Positions 1-7,664 of a stretch of 64,000 bases of DNA are shown piece by piece. Where the stretch lies: IMG/VR virus record IMGVR_UViG_3300033120_000570, positions 2,630 to 66,629 of that record. One strand, written 5' to 3'. The translations under genes were made by a program, and so were the position numbers. Each line of letters opens with the position of its first letter. Position 1 is the first letter of the stretch. The notes under the pieces were generated by a model, which saw nothing but the letters and a program-made list of their open reading frames with translations, was not told where the DNA came from and did not search any database. This stretch comes from a virus. Lineage: Duplodnaviria; Caudoviricetes.

Positions 1-292
1 CAATCATGTCACGAGCTTTATCGACAGGCACTGATAGTGACAATGTATGATTACAAGCTTCAGCATAGTCTTCGTTCTCGAAGTCTTCTACCGACTTGTC
101 AAAACCATACTCTGACATAGCTTTAAATGATACAATAGCATATTCGTCGCCGTTGTCCCATTCAAAAGCATCTCCATGCTTATCAGTAAATCCCACATGA
201 GCAACCTCAACACCTTTAAATGGTGTTAACATTTCGTCAATAACAGGACGAGATTCGATAATCTTTTGAGCAATTTCTTTAGTAAGTTCCAT
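1..292 (-). CDS. Hypothetical protein (runs off window edge); probable first gene of the leftward early/replicative cluster
   Basis: Manual translation, not in ORF track: ATG at 292, MELTKEIAQKIIESRPVIDEMLTPFKGVEVAHVGFTDKHGDAFEWDNGDEYAIVSF..., open to position 1; less AT-rich than neighbours. Confidence 0.75.
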   Translation of the reverse strand, partial: MELTKEIAQKIIESRPVIDEMLTPFKGVEVAHVGFTDKHGDAFEWDNGDEYAIVSFKAMSEYGFDKSVEDFENEDYAEACNHTLSLSVPVDKARDMI

Positions 293-339
293 AATAATAA
301 AGTTTTAAGATGACGGTGCCGATACATAGGCTAACTCGT

Positions 340-347
340 CAAAGTTA
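340..347 (-). promoter_or_regulatory. Leftward Bacteroidota-type -7 element (TAACTTTG)
   Basis: CAAAGTTA on + strand = TAACTTTG on - strand, about 48 nt upstream of the ATG at 292; matches TAnnTTTG. Confidence 0.45.
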
Positions 348-493
348 ATGTTTTAAGTTTGCGATATCCATAATAGTCTACAATAATAGCTACACGGGTA
401 TATCCCAAAATCAGGAAAGGGTCGGGGTATGACTTTGGATTATCAACTGATCACATCAATAAAAAACTTTTCAAAAAATTTTTCCAAAAAAAA

Positions 494-527
494 TTAGGAA
501 ATGTCAAATATATTCATTATCTTTACA
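494..527 (+). promoter_or_regulatory. Class I phage promoter copy 1
   Basis: TTAGGA-AA-TGTCAA-N10-TATCTTTA, directly upstream of ORF 541. Confidence 0.75.
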
Positions 528-540
528 AAAATTATTAATT

Positions 541-714
541 ATGACACAAGTAGATGAACAAGAGTTTAAAGAATTCTTAAAAGGAAAAATTTATACAAGA
601 AAACAGGGAGATGTATTTCATTCTGAATATTATGAAGACTTAGACGGAATTAAAATAGCATATATTGAAACAAGTTCTTATGGCGCTAGTGATTTATTTA
701 TGATAAACGAATAA
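541..714 (+). CDS. Small hypothetical protein (57 aa)
   Basis: Manual translation MTQVDEQEFKEFLKGKIYTRKQGDVFHSEYYEDLDGIKIAYIETSSYGASDLFMINE*; below ORF-track cutoff; follows promoter. Confidence 0.7.
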   Translation: MTQVDEQEFKEFLKGKIYTRKQGDVFHSEYYEDLDGIKIAYIETSSYGASDLFMINE

Positions 715-760
715 AGTGCTATAGCTTAATACAACTTTATTGAAAATAAGTGCTAAATAA

Positions 761-794
761 TTAGGAATTGTCAAATATTAATTGTATCTTTGTA
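761..794 (+). promoter_or_regulatory. Class I phage promoter copy 2
   Basis: TTAGGA-AT-TGTCAA-N10-TATCTTTG. Confidence 0.8.
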
Positions 795-1050
795 GCTCAG
801 TAAAATAATTACGCAACTTATATAGGTGGTTGTTGCTATTTCATAGTATATTTAATATACAGTCCAGGGCAAAAGAGGATATATGAGTAGATAACGGGTT
901 TTAAGGGTACGACGACTTCAACAAACTATATAAGCCAAGAGCTTCCAACAAACATCAGTTTCGTGGGAAACCCTTTTGTGTTTAATTATTAACTAATTTA
1001 AAATAAACTTATAACTTTAATGTTATAGTTATAGGAAACTTATATCTAAT

Positions 1051-1154
1051 TATAATGTGTTGGAATTGGAATACATAAAAGACTGACGGGAATGCTTATA
1101 TATGCGTCGTTAAATAAGACTATAAGATTAAGAGTTCGACTCTCTTCATTATAA
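1051..1154 (+). ncRNA. tRNA-like element / tRNA pseudogene without a recognisable anticodon arm
   Basis: 7-bp acceptor stem TATAATG/CATTATA, T-arm AAGAG-TTCGACT-CTCTT, D-loop-like GGAATTGG; 53-nt middle is non-canonical; no CCA. Confidence 0.55.
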
Positions 1155-1163
1155 TTAATTATC

Positions 1164-1197
1164 ACCCACTTTAACTTATGTTTTAGTGGGTTTTTTT
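1164..1197 (+). terminator. Intrinsic terminator
   Basis: ACCCACT...AGTGGGT stem followed by T-run. Confidence 0.7.
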
Positions 1198-1246
1198 GTG
1201 TCTTTTAAATTATTTTCATTATTTTTTAAAAATAAATGACTTTTTA

Positions 1247-1280
1247 TTAGGATATGTCAATTATTATTATTATCTTTGTA
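1247..1280 (+). promoter_or_regulatory. Class I phage promoter copy 3
   Basis: TTAGGA-TA-TGTCAA-N10-TATCTTTG upstream of ORF 1296. Confidence 0.8.
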
Positions 1281-1295
1281 TAAATAAATTAAGAT

Positions 1296-1589
1296 ATGAA
1301 AGGTATTGTAGAACAAATGAGAGACTCTAAACATATTGTTTTAGATGGTAAATTTACTAAAGAAGACTTTGATAATATGGTTAATAAACTTAAAATTATC
1401 CAAGAAGAAGATCTTCAATACAGATCTAACAGAATGAAAGAACTTAAAGAAAATGAAAAGCATATGCTTAAAAGATCTAAAGAACTTAATAAAGAAATAC
1501 CATTAGAGTTAGCATATCACTGTTATCTTAGTTTTAATAAAACATATGTAGGTTCAGATTTTATGAATAAGTATAAAGAATGGTTTTAA
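1296..1589 (+). CDS. Hypothetical protein
   Basis: ORF track; follows promoter; co-directional operon. Confidence 0.7.
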   Translation: MKGIVEQMRDSKHIVLDGKFTKEDFDNMVNKLKIIQEEDLQYRSNRMKELKENEKHMLKRSKELNKEIPLELAYHCYLSFNKTYVGSDFMNKYKEWF

Positions 1590-1602
1590 TTATATAAATA
1601 AT

Positions 1603-1785
1603 ATGAAAGAATATAAAGGAATGAATCCTTATAAAAATGTATTAGATATTGAGCAACATATTGCAAAAGAAGAATATTTAAAAAAAGCTATAACTCCTGG
1701 AACTTTAGAGTATAAACTTAAAGAACGTTTTGAGAAAATGATTTTATCTCAATTTTTAAATCACGTTAGTATAAAAGAAAAGTAA
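1603..1785 (+). CDS. Hypothetical protein
   Basis: ORF track; tight packing with neighbours. Confidence 0.6.
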   Translation: MKEYKGMNPYKNVLDIEQHIAKEEYLKKAITPGTLEYKLKERFEKMILSQFLNHVSIKEK

Positions 1786-1786
1786 T

Positions 1787-2023
1787 ATGGCGCAATTAGT
1801 AATATGTAATGAATCAGCACCTTACTTTAAAGCTGAACCAATAGTAAGAAATACAGACCCAGTAGGATTCCAAACCTGGGCAGCTAAGATGGAGCAATGT
1901 AAGTACATAGCTTATCTTGCAGATGGTACAACTATAGATGTACAAATGTTTATAGATATGAATGATGTCTTCGACAATGGAGCTTATACTAACTTTTTAC
2001 TTAATAGATATAATGAGTTATAA
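1787..2023 (+). CDS. Hypothetical protein
   Basis: ORF track; abuts previous stop. Confidence 0.65.
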   Translation: MAQLVICNESAPYFKAEPIVRNTDPVGFQTWAAKMEQCKYIAYLADGTTIDVQMFIDMNDVFDNGAYTNFLLNRYNEL

Positions 2024-2237
2024 TGGAAAAGATCCTTGGATTGATTTTGATAGATGGAGACAAGAAAACGAGTTTAAATCTATACTCTATAAACAAAAAG
2101 TTAATTTATCTGAATCCATGAAACCAATAATTAACACTCTTCTAACAGAAGGCAAGATTGAGTTAGATGAATATTTTAAATATATATTAGACGAAACAGG
2201 AACTTATATCCCTAAAACAAAAAAAGATGAGTTATAA
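2013..2237 (+). CDS. Hypothetical protein (start revised to MSYNGK)
   Basis: ATG 2013 overlaps upstream stop in ATGAGTTATAA. Confidence 0.65.
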   Translation: MSYNGKDPWIDFDRWRQENEFKSILYKQKVNLSESMKPIINTLLTEGKIELDEYFKYILDETGTYIPKTKKDEL

Positions 2238-2451
2238 AGAAGAATACGACAAGTATAACCTATTAGAGAAAGATGTTTTAATAGGTATGTTGATAGAGAA
2301 ATATAGAGATAAAAAAGTAGGTGCTTTGCAAGGTTTAAAAACAGAACAAAAAACTTGTGCTTTTTATATGGCAGGAACAGATACTTCTTGCAGGTGTATT
2401 CATTGCGGAAAGTTAAAATGGGAACATACCGGTTTTTATCAAATGTATTAA
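2227..2451 (+). CDS. Hypothetical protein with C-terminal Cys/His cluster
   Basis: CAFY...CRCIHCGKLKWEH; ATGAGTTATAA overlap with previous gene. Confidence 0.65.
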   Translation: MSYKEEYDKYNLLEKDVLIGMLIEKYRDKKVGALQGLKTEQKTCAFYMAGTDTSCRCIHCGKLKWEHTGFYQMY

Positions 2452-2478
2452 AATAATTTAAAAATAATTCTAAATAAA

Positions 2479-2512
2479 TTAGGATATGTCAAAAACATTT
2501 TGTATCTTTGTA
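2479..2512 (+). promoter_or_regulatory. Class I phage promoter copy 4
   Basis: TTAGGA-TA-TGTCAA-N10-TATCTTTG. Confidence 0.8.
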
Positions 2513-2634
2513 TAAATAAATAAATAATCACTCTGCGTTGCGTGTTCGAATCCTCTTAATGGCATCTTGGAAAGACTCGGAGTAAGGCAGAATAGGATGC
2601 TCAAAGCTGCATAATTATCAATTAAAAAAATAAA

Positions 2635-2898
2635 ATGGGAGAAGCAATATATAATCATATAAGACAAGATTTAATTTCGAATCAAAGAGACTTACTTAAT
2701 ATGCAACATTACTACACGCATAAACACAGAAGTAATGACAGACTATTAGATATTAATGTAGCTATATTTAAAGACACTAGAGACACAAATATAGTTCAGA
2801 TATACGTAGCTGATAAGAATTTTAAAGTAAGAGAGCAATTAGTATTAACTAATTACAGTTCAATAATAGACACAAACGTAATAATAAAAAGAAAATAA
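2635..2898 (+). CDS. Hypothetical protein
   Basis: ORF track; first gene after promoter 4. Confidence 0.65.
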   Translation: MGEAIYNHIRQDLISNQRDLLNMQHYYTHKHRSNDRLLDINVAIFKDTRDTNIVQIYVADKNFKVREQLVLTNYSSIIDTNVIIKRK

Positions 2899-2902
2899 GA
2901 AT

Positions 2903-3175
2903 ATGAAAGACTTGAGAATAAGAGGAGAACAAGTAATGGAAATGAAAACAAAAAATGGTATACTTAACGAAGAAAATGTTAAGCTAGTTCAAGAAACAGT
3001 ACTATTTAATGCGTTAAGAGAACATAGAGCATTGGTTAAATATAAAAAAGAATATCCGCAAGACGAAGTCACCGAAGTTAAATTTAAAGCAGACTTTATG
3101 ATTTTAACTACAGATAGATATATGGAGTTATTAGCAATGTCTGGAGAAACTAATTACAAACAATTTAATAAATAA
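2903..3175 (+). CDS. Hypothetical protein
   Basis: ORF track; coupled to next gene (TAATG). Confidence 0.7.
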   Translation: MKDLRIRGEQVMEMKTKNGILNEENVKLVQETVLFNALREHRALVKYKKEYPQDEVTEVKFKADFMILTTDRYMELLAMSGETNYKQFNK

Positions 3176-3444
3176 TGGAATCATATAAAAGCTCTATAAG
3201 AAAGTTTAAACTACAAGAGAAGAAACAAACTAAAAAGCATTTAAAAGAATTTTATAAAGGACTTGATAAAATGGAAGAAATAGCTTCTGAGTTAAGAGAA
3301 CTTGATGTTGTTTTTACAGAAGATAATTTACAAGAATATGCGACTCCGATATTAGGAAGAGATTTAGATTCAATGGAGAAGTTTGTATTATTGGGAAAGC
3401 TTAATTTTAAAAAAGAATTAAACAATGAGTCAATTGATACTTAA
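3175..3444 (+). CDS. Hypothetical protein
   Basis: ORF track; overlapping start/stop. Confidence 0.7.
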   Translation: MESYKSSIRKFKLQEKKQTKKHLKEFYKGLDKMEEIASELRELDVVFTEDNLQEYATPILGRDLDSMEKFVLLGKLNFKKELNNESIDT

Positions 3445-3646
3445 ATTTGATAGGCTGTCTGATATAAGAGAAATATCTACATGTATAATTCTAGATAAAG
3501 AAGAAACGGAAAAATACCATATATTACCAGGGGCATTTAAGGAACTTGACAATGGGTGGATGGAATACATAACATTTGATGGATTACCAAAAATAATAAA
3601 ACAATCATTAGTAGAAATGTATGTCACAGAAGATAACGTTAAATAA
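3425..3646 (+). CDS. Hypothetical protein
   Basis: ORF track; overlaps neighbours. Confidence 0.65.
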   Translation: MSQLILKFDRLSDIREISTCIILDKEETEKYHILPGAFKELDNGWMEYITFDGLPKIIKQSLVEMYVTEDNVK

Positions 3647-3908
3647 CATATATAATTATATATCAGGAAATGCCAACATGATACTTGATAAGGCCGGGAT
3701 GGTTTCTCAGGCCTTTAAAGAACAAATAGCGTTTAGGCATTTAAAATGTAAAGACGATTGTGTTAAGGCAGGAAAATGCAAGCATTGTGGATGTGGACTT
3801 CCGGGAAGGTTCTTTACAGTTAAAAGCTGCAATAATGGAGATAGATTTCCAGACATAATGGAAGAAGAAGAATGGAAACAATACAAAATAGAAAACAAGA
3901 TTGAATAA
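3621..3908 (+). CDS. Cys-rich putative zinc-binding protein
   Basis: CKDDCVKAGKCKHCGC...C motif. Confidence 0.7.
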   Translation: MSQKITLNNIYNYISGNANMILDKAGMVSQAFKEQIAFRHLKCKDDCVKAGKCKHCGCGLPGRFFTVKSCNNGDRFPDIMEEEEWKQYKIENKIE

Positions 3909-4113
3909 CACTTACGAAATACCAGAAATGGAATTAAAAGAAATTCTAGATAAAATAGATAAATTTGTTTTAAACATGGAAACATTTAAACTAAAACACT
4001 CTAGTTATTCTTACGATATACTATTAAACAACAACAACGACATGTGGTCGGCAAAAATTAAAATAAAAAATGGAAAGCAAGAAGGTAACAGAATACCTGA
4101 TAGCGCTATCTAA
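3901..4113 (+). CDS. Hypothetical protein (TTG start)
   Basis: ORF track; fills the gap between two genes. Confidence 0.55.
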   Translation: MNNTYEIPEMELKEILDKIDKFVLNMETFKLKHSSYSYDILLNNNNDMWSAKIKIKNGKQEGNRIPDSAI

Positions 4114-4390
4114 ACACCTTCATTACTATAATGTATTATCGCCATTTCCGGTATTTGATACAGAATATATTAAAGACTTAGACAACAAAATTAGGGAGAT
4201 TAAGGAGAATAAATTAAAAGACTACGACAATGAACCAGTTGTAGCTTGCAAACACTGTAACAGTTTACATATAGTGGTTGATGAAATAGACAATAATGTA
4301 TGTTTTAGATGCGGATCAGTAAACGATCTAAAAGACTTTAAAAACATATATGAGTACAACGATTACGTACAAAAAAGAAAAAATGAATAA
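4070..4390 (+). CDS. Zinc-ribbon protein
   Basis: CKHC-x15-CFRC zinc-ribbon signature. Confidence 0.7.
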   Translation: MESKKVTEYLIALSKHLHYYNVLSPFPVFDTEYIKDLDNKIREIKENKLKDYDNEPVVACKHCNSLHIVVDEIDNNVCFRCGSVNDLKDFKNIYEYNDYVQKRKNE

Positions 4391-4781
4391 TGTTAAAGAA
4401 GCTAATATTAATTTAAAATTAAAAGACTTGTTTACTAGATGGCTAGATGTGACTAGAAGTTTTCACAAGCTAAACAATCAACAACAACAAGTACTATCTT
4501 TATTGTTATACTATCATTATCAGTACAAAAAAGAAATAACAAACAACAAGATATTATGGAAGATATTGTTTGATTACGACACTAAAATAAAGATAATGGA
4601 AGACCCTGTGTTTGGGGAAAAAGGAATGACAAGCAATGGATTGCATAATATACTTACGATATTAAGAAAGAAAAAAATAATAGTGGACGGAGAAATATCA
4701 AAAATGTTTATTCCAGAATTAACAAACAATTGTAAAAACTTTAAAATAATATTTAATTTTAATATAGTAGATAATGAATAA
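4383..4781 (+). CDS. Winged-HTH DNA-binding protein (MarR/RepL-like)
   Basis: LNNQQQQVLSLLL... SNGLHNILTILRKKKIIVDGE helix-wing pattern; start revised to ATG 4383 overlapping previous stop. Confidence 0.55.
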   Translation: MNNVKEANINLKLKDLFTRWLDVTRSFHKLNNQQQQVLSLLLYYHYQYKKEITNNKILWKILFDYDTKIKIMEDPVFGEKGMTSNGLHNILTILRKKKIIVDGEISKMFIPELTNNCKNFKIIFNFNIVDNE

Positions 4782-5082
4782 AGTTGATGAAGATGCGTTA
4801 AAAAAACTTATACATACTATAGGGTTAAAACACAATCTTCAAGACAGTATAATTAATAAAATAGTGAACTCTCCATATAGGTTTGCAAGAGAAACTATTA
4901 CTAATATTGATATAGAAAATATTAAAGACGAAGATGAATTCAATAAATTAAAAACTAATTTTTTGTTTGCTTATATTGGAAAGTTATATACCAGTTATAG
5001 TATATATACAAAAATATTAAAACAAAAAGACAAACTCAAAGAATACCATAATTTAAAACAAAGCAAAAATGAGATTAAGTAA
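4774..5082 (+). CDS. HU/IHF-like DNA-binding protein
   Basis: LIHTIGLKHNL..IINKIVNS helical N-terminus and FLFAYIGKLY strand typical of the HU/IHF fold; position matches crAss-like gene order. Confidence 0.6.
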   Translation: MNKVDEDALKKLIHTIGLKHNLQDSIINKIVNSPYRFARETITNIDIENIKDEDEFNKLKTNFLFAYIGKLYTSYSIYTKILKQKDKLKEYHNLKQSKNEIK

Positions 5083-5428
5083 AGAAGATGTTGGGAGCAT
5101 TATGATTGACTTTCCGTACGAACCTATTTTTAATAAAGTAATTATTACTTTAAATAACTTAGAAATAGATGGAGATCTAGTTCTTTCAGAAAACGTATTG
5201 TCAGATAGACAATATCTAGTTGCTGGAGAAATAATTTACAGAGATAAAAAAATATCTCCAGGAGACGAAGTTCTAATCGATATAGAAAGAATGATGGTTC
5301 CTGTAAAAACAGAAACAAACAATGCTTACGAAGTAAGAGAACAAATTAAAATAGATCCGCTAGAAGTAAATGGAAACACTTTTGCGATCATTGAAGACAG
5401 GTTTATCAAATCAAAAATTTTAAAATAA
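5069..5428 (+). CDS. groES: GroES/Cpn10-like co-chaperonin
   Basis: PIFNKVII (cf. PLHDRVIV), DGDLVL mobile-loop analogue (GGIVL), ISPGDEVLI (VKVGDKVLF), VNGNTFAIIEDRFI (IDGEEYLIM). Confidence 0.65.
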   Translation: MRLSKEDVGSIMIDFPYEPIFNKVIITLNNLEIDGDLVLSENVLSDRQYLVAGEIIYRDKKISPGDEVLIDIERMMVPVKTETNNAYEVREQIKIDPLEVNGNTFAIIEDRFIKSKILK

Positions 5429-5438
5429 TTATATAAAA

Positions 5439-5630
5439 ATGGAACAAGTAGTAAATGTAATAGAGCAAGCTTTAAATGTAGCTACTCAAAAAGGAGCGTT
5501 TGGATTAAAAGATGCGTCTGTTGTAAATCAAGCTTTAGAATTATTAAAGACTCACTTTGAAAAAAAGGACGAAGGAGAGAAAGCGAGTGAAGGAAAGCCT
5601 GAAGGGCCTAAAAACAGTCCAAAAAAATAA
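5439..5630 (+). CDS. Hypothetical protein
   Basis: ORF track; helical N-terminus, charged disordered tail. Confidence 0.7.
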   Translation: MEQVVNVIEQALNVATQKGAFGLKDASVVNQALELLKTHFEKKDEGEKASEGKPEGPKNSPKK

Positions 5631-6196
5631 TGAAGTTATTTACAATGATAGACTTTAGCCTCTGCGTCTCTGAAGAGACTTGGGGGCTTTTGCCTTTTAA
5701 AGCAATACTGAAAAGAGATAAGTCTAGAAATAAAGAGACTGCTTTTAAAGAAGTTTTGTTCATATATTACTATTCAGACATAAGATCTGACTACGTTTAT
5801 ATAACAGACGACAAGATAAGAAGCAGTGAAATAATAAAAGATATAGGCTTAGATAGCGAATGGAAAGTTGACGACATTATAAAAGAAGCTATAAAGTTTT
5901 ATGAAAAAATGTCGATAAGTCCAATAGCTAAACTATACAAGAGTTCGTTAAAGTCTGCAGATGATATATCAGATTACCTTCTAAAGACAAATGAATTACT
6001 TGATGAAAGAACTAGTAGCGGAGGAACCGTAACTACTTTGCCAATGATTGTTGCGGCAAATAAAGGAATACCAGACATAATGCGTAATCTTAAAACAGCA
6101 TATAAAGAAGTTTTAAGTGAACAAAAAGAAATGGAAGGAAGAACTAAAGGAAGCAGAACACTTAATGCATTTGAAGATGGATTGCAATATGAATAA
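5630..6196 (+). CDS. Conserved crAss-like protein upstream of TerL (candidate small terminase subunit)
   Basis: All-helical 188 aa in the usual pre-terminase position; function inferred from position only. Confidence 0.5.
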   Translation: MKLFTMIDFSLCVSEETWGLLPFKAILKRDKSRNKETAFKEVLFIYYYSDIRSDYVYITDDKIRSSEIIKDIGLDSEWKVDDIIKEAIKFYEKMSISPIAKLYKSSLKSADDISDYLLKTNELLDERTSSGGTVTTLPMIVAANKGIPDIMRNLKTAYKEVLSEQKEMEGRTKGSRTLNAFEDGLQYE

Positions 6197-7664
6197 AGAA
6201 ATATATTTTAAAGAAGACGCTAGGCAACTATTATTTAATGGCATTAAAAAATTATCACAAGCGGTAGCTTCTACAATGGGTCCTAACGGAAAGACAGTAA
6301 TTATATCAAATCAATACGGAGATCCTGAAATAACTAAAGATGGAGTTAAGGTTGCTAGAGAAATAAACTTTAAAAATGCTATAGAGAATATTGGTGCTAA
6401 AATAGTAAAAGAAGTTGCTGAGCTACAAGTAGATTTAGCCGGCGACGGAACCACAACAGCAATAGTGTTAGCTAATGCTTTTATACAAAATTTAAAAGAT
6501 TTTGATTCTAACGAAATAAACAAAGCTTTTGATGAAATTATACCTAAAGTACTAGAGCAACTAAAGTTAAACTCAAGAAAATTAGAGCGTAAAGACATTA
6601 AATATCTTGCTAGTATATCAGCTAATAATGATATACATATTGGAGAGATTATACAACAAGCTTATAATCACGCAAGTATAATTAAAGTAGAAGAAAGCAA
6701 TGACAATGAAGATTCTTTAGAATTAATAGATGGAATGTCATTACCGGTATCTTATTTTTCAAAACACTTTATAAATACAAATAAAAAAGCAGAGTGTAAT
6801 TTTGAAGAGCCATACGTATTGTTAATAGATGGTAAATTAGAAAATCTTAAACCATTCGAAGCTCCAATTAAAAAAATAGCAGAAAACAACGAATGCTTAT
6901 TAATAATAACAGAGGCTTTATCTGAAAATATATTAAGATTATTAGAATCTAATGTTTTAAGCGGGTCTTTAAAATTATGCGTAATAAAATCTCCAGGATT
7001 TTCTCAATACAGAAAAGATTTACTTATGGACATTGCAGACTTCGCTGGAGCTGATTTAATAAGCAATTTTAACAAGCAATATAGTATAGAGTCTCTAGGT
7101 AGGTTAAAGTCTCTAAAAGTAACTAAAAACAATAGTATATTAGTTAAGCATAAAGACGTAGATATTAGAGAATACATAGAAGATTTAAAAGCTTTATCAA
7201 AACTTAAAGAACTAACCAAACAAGACAAAGAGTTAATAGAGCAAAGAATAACAAATCTTACAGGTAAGATATCTATAATTAAAGTTGGTGGCGGTTCTGA
7301 AATAGAAATGAAAGAACGTAAAGACAGATATGACGACGCTGTATTAGCTACAGCTTGTGCGCTAGAAGAAGGTGTAGTACTCGGGGGTGGATGGGGATTA
7401 ATGGATGCTGGACTTACATTAGGAAAAAACATTAATTTAAAAGAAGATAATACAATTGAATCTTTTATTTATAATAGTATTATGAAACCACAATGGCAAA
7501 TTATGCAAAATGGAAATAAAGTTGTAAACGTTAAACCAAGATGGAACGACAATATTATAGATCCGCTTAAAGTTACTAGATATGCATTAGAAAACGCAGT
7601 GTCTGTAGCTAAAACAATACTATCTACAGAGACTGTTGTACTTAATGAAAGACAATGGACTTAA
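6189..7664 (+). CDS. groEL: GroEL/Cpn60-like chaperonin (491 aa)
   Basis: TMGPNG, ITKDGVKVAREI, GDGTTT, KSPGF, EMKERKDRYDDA, EEGVVLGGG, IIDPLKVTR motifs; start revised to ATG 6189 (MNKEIYF). Confidence 0.95.
   Translation: MNKEIYFKEDARQLLFNGIKKLSQAVASTMGPNGKTVIISNQYGDPEITKDGVKVAREINFKNAIENIGAKIVKEVAELQVDLAGDGTTTAIVLANAFIQNLKDFDSNEINKAFDEIIPKVLEQLKLNSRKLERKDIKYLASISANNDIHIGEIIQQAYNHASIIKVEESNDNEDSLELIDGMSLPVSYFSKHFINTNKKAECNFEEPYVLLIDGKLENLKPFEAPIKKIAENNECLLIITEALSENILRLLESNVLSGSLKLCVIKSPGFSQYRKDLLMDIADFAGADLISNFNKQYSIESLGRLKSLKVTKNNSILVKHKDVDIREYIEDLKALSKLKELTKQDKELIEQRITNLTGKISIIKVGGGSEIEMKERKDRYDDAVLATACALEEGVVLGGGWGLMDAGLTLGKNINLKEDNTIESFIYNSIMKPQWQIMQNGNKVVNVKPRWNDNIIDPLKVTRYALENAVSVAKTILSTETVVLNERQWT

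Noticed and set aside
502-507. TGTCAA read as a reverse-strand TTGACA -35 promoter
   Set aside because: No TATAAT-like -10 at 16-18 nt on the minus strand in the copies checked, and the motif is fixed relative to the forward -7 box.
1051-1154. tmRNA or intron-containing functional tRNA
   Set aside because: Middle region is only 53 nt with no tag ORF, and no removable segment restores a paired anticodon stem.
6117-6188. Upstream in-frame starts given by the track (also 1962, 4350, 27324, 28821, 42002)
   Set aside because: They add non-homologous extensions overlapping the previous gene; downstream ATGs coupled to the previous stop fit better.
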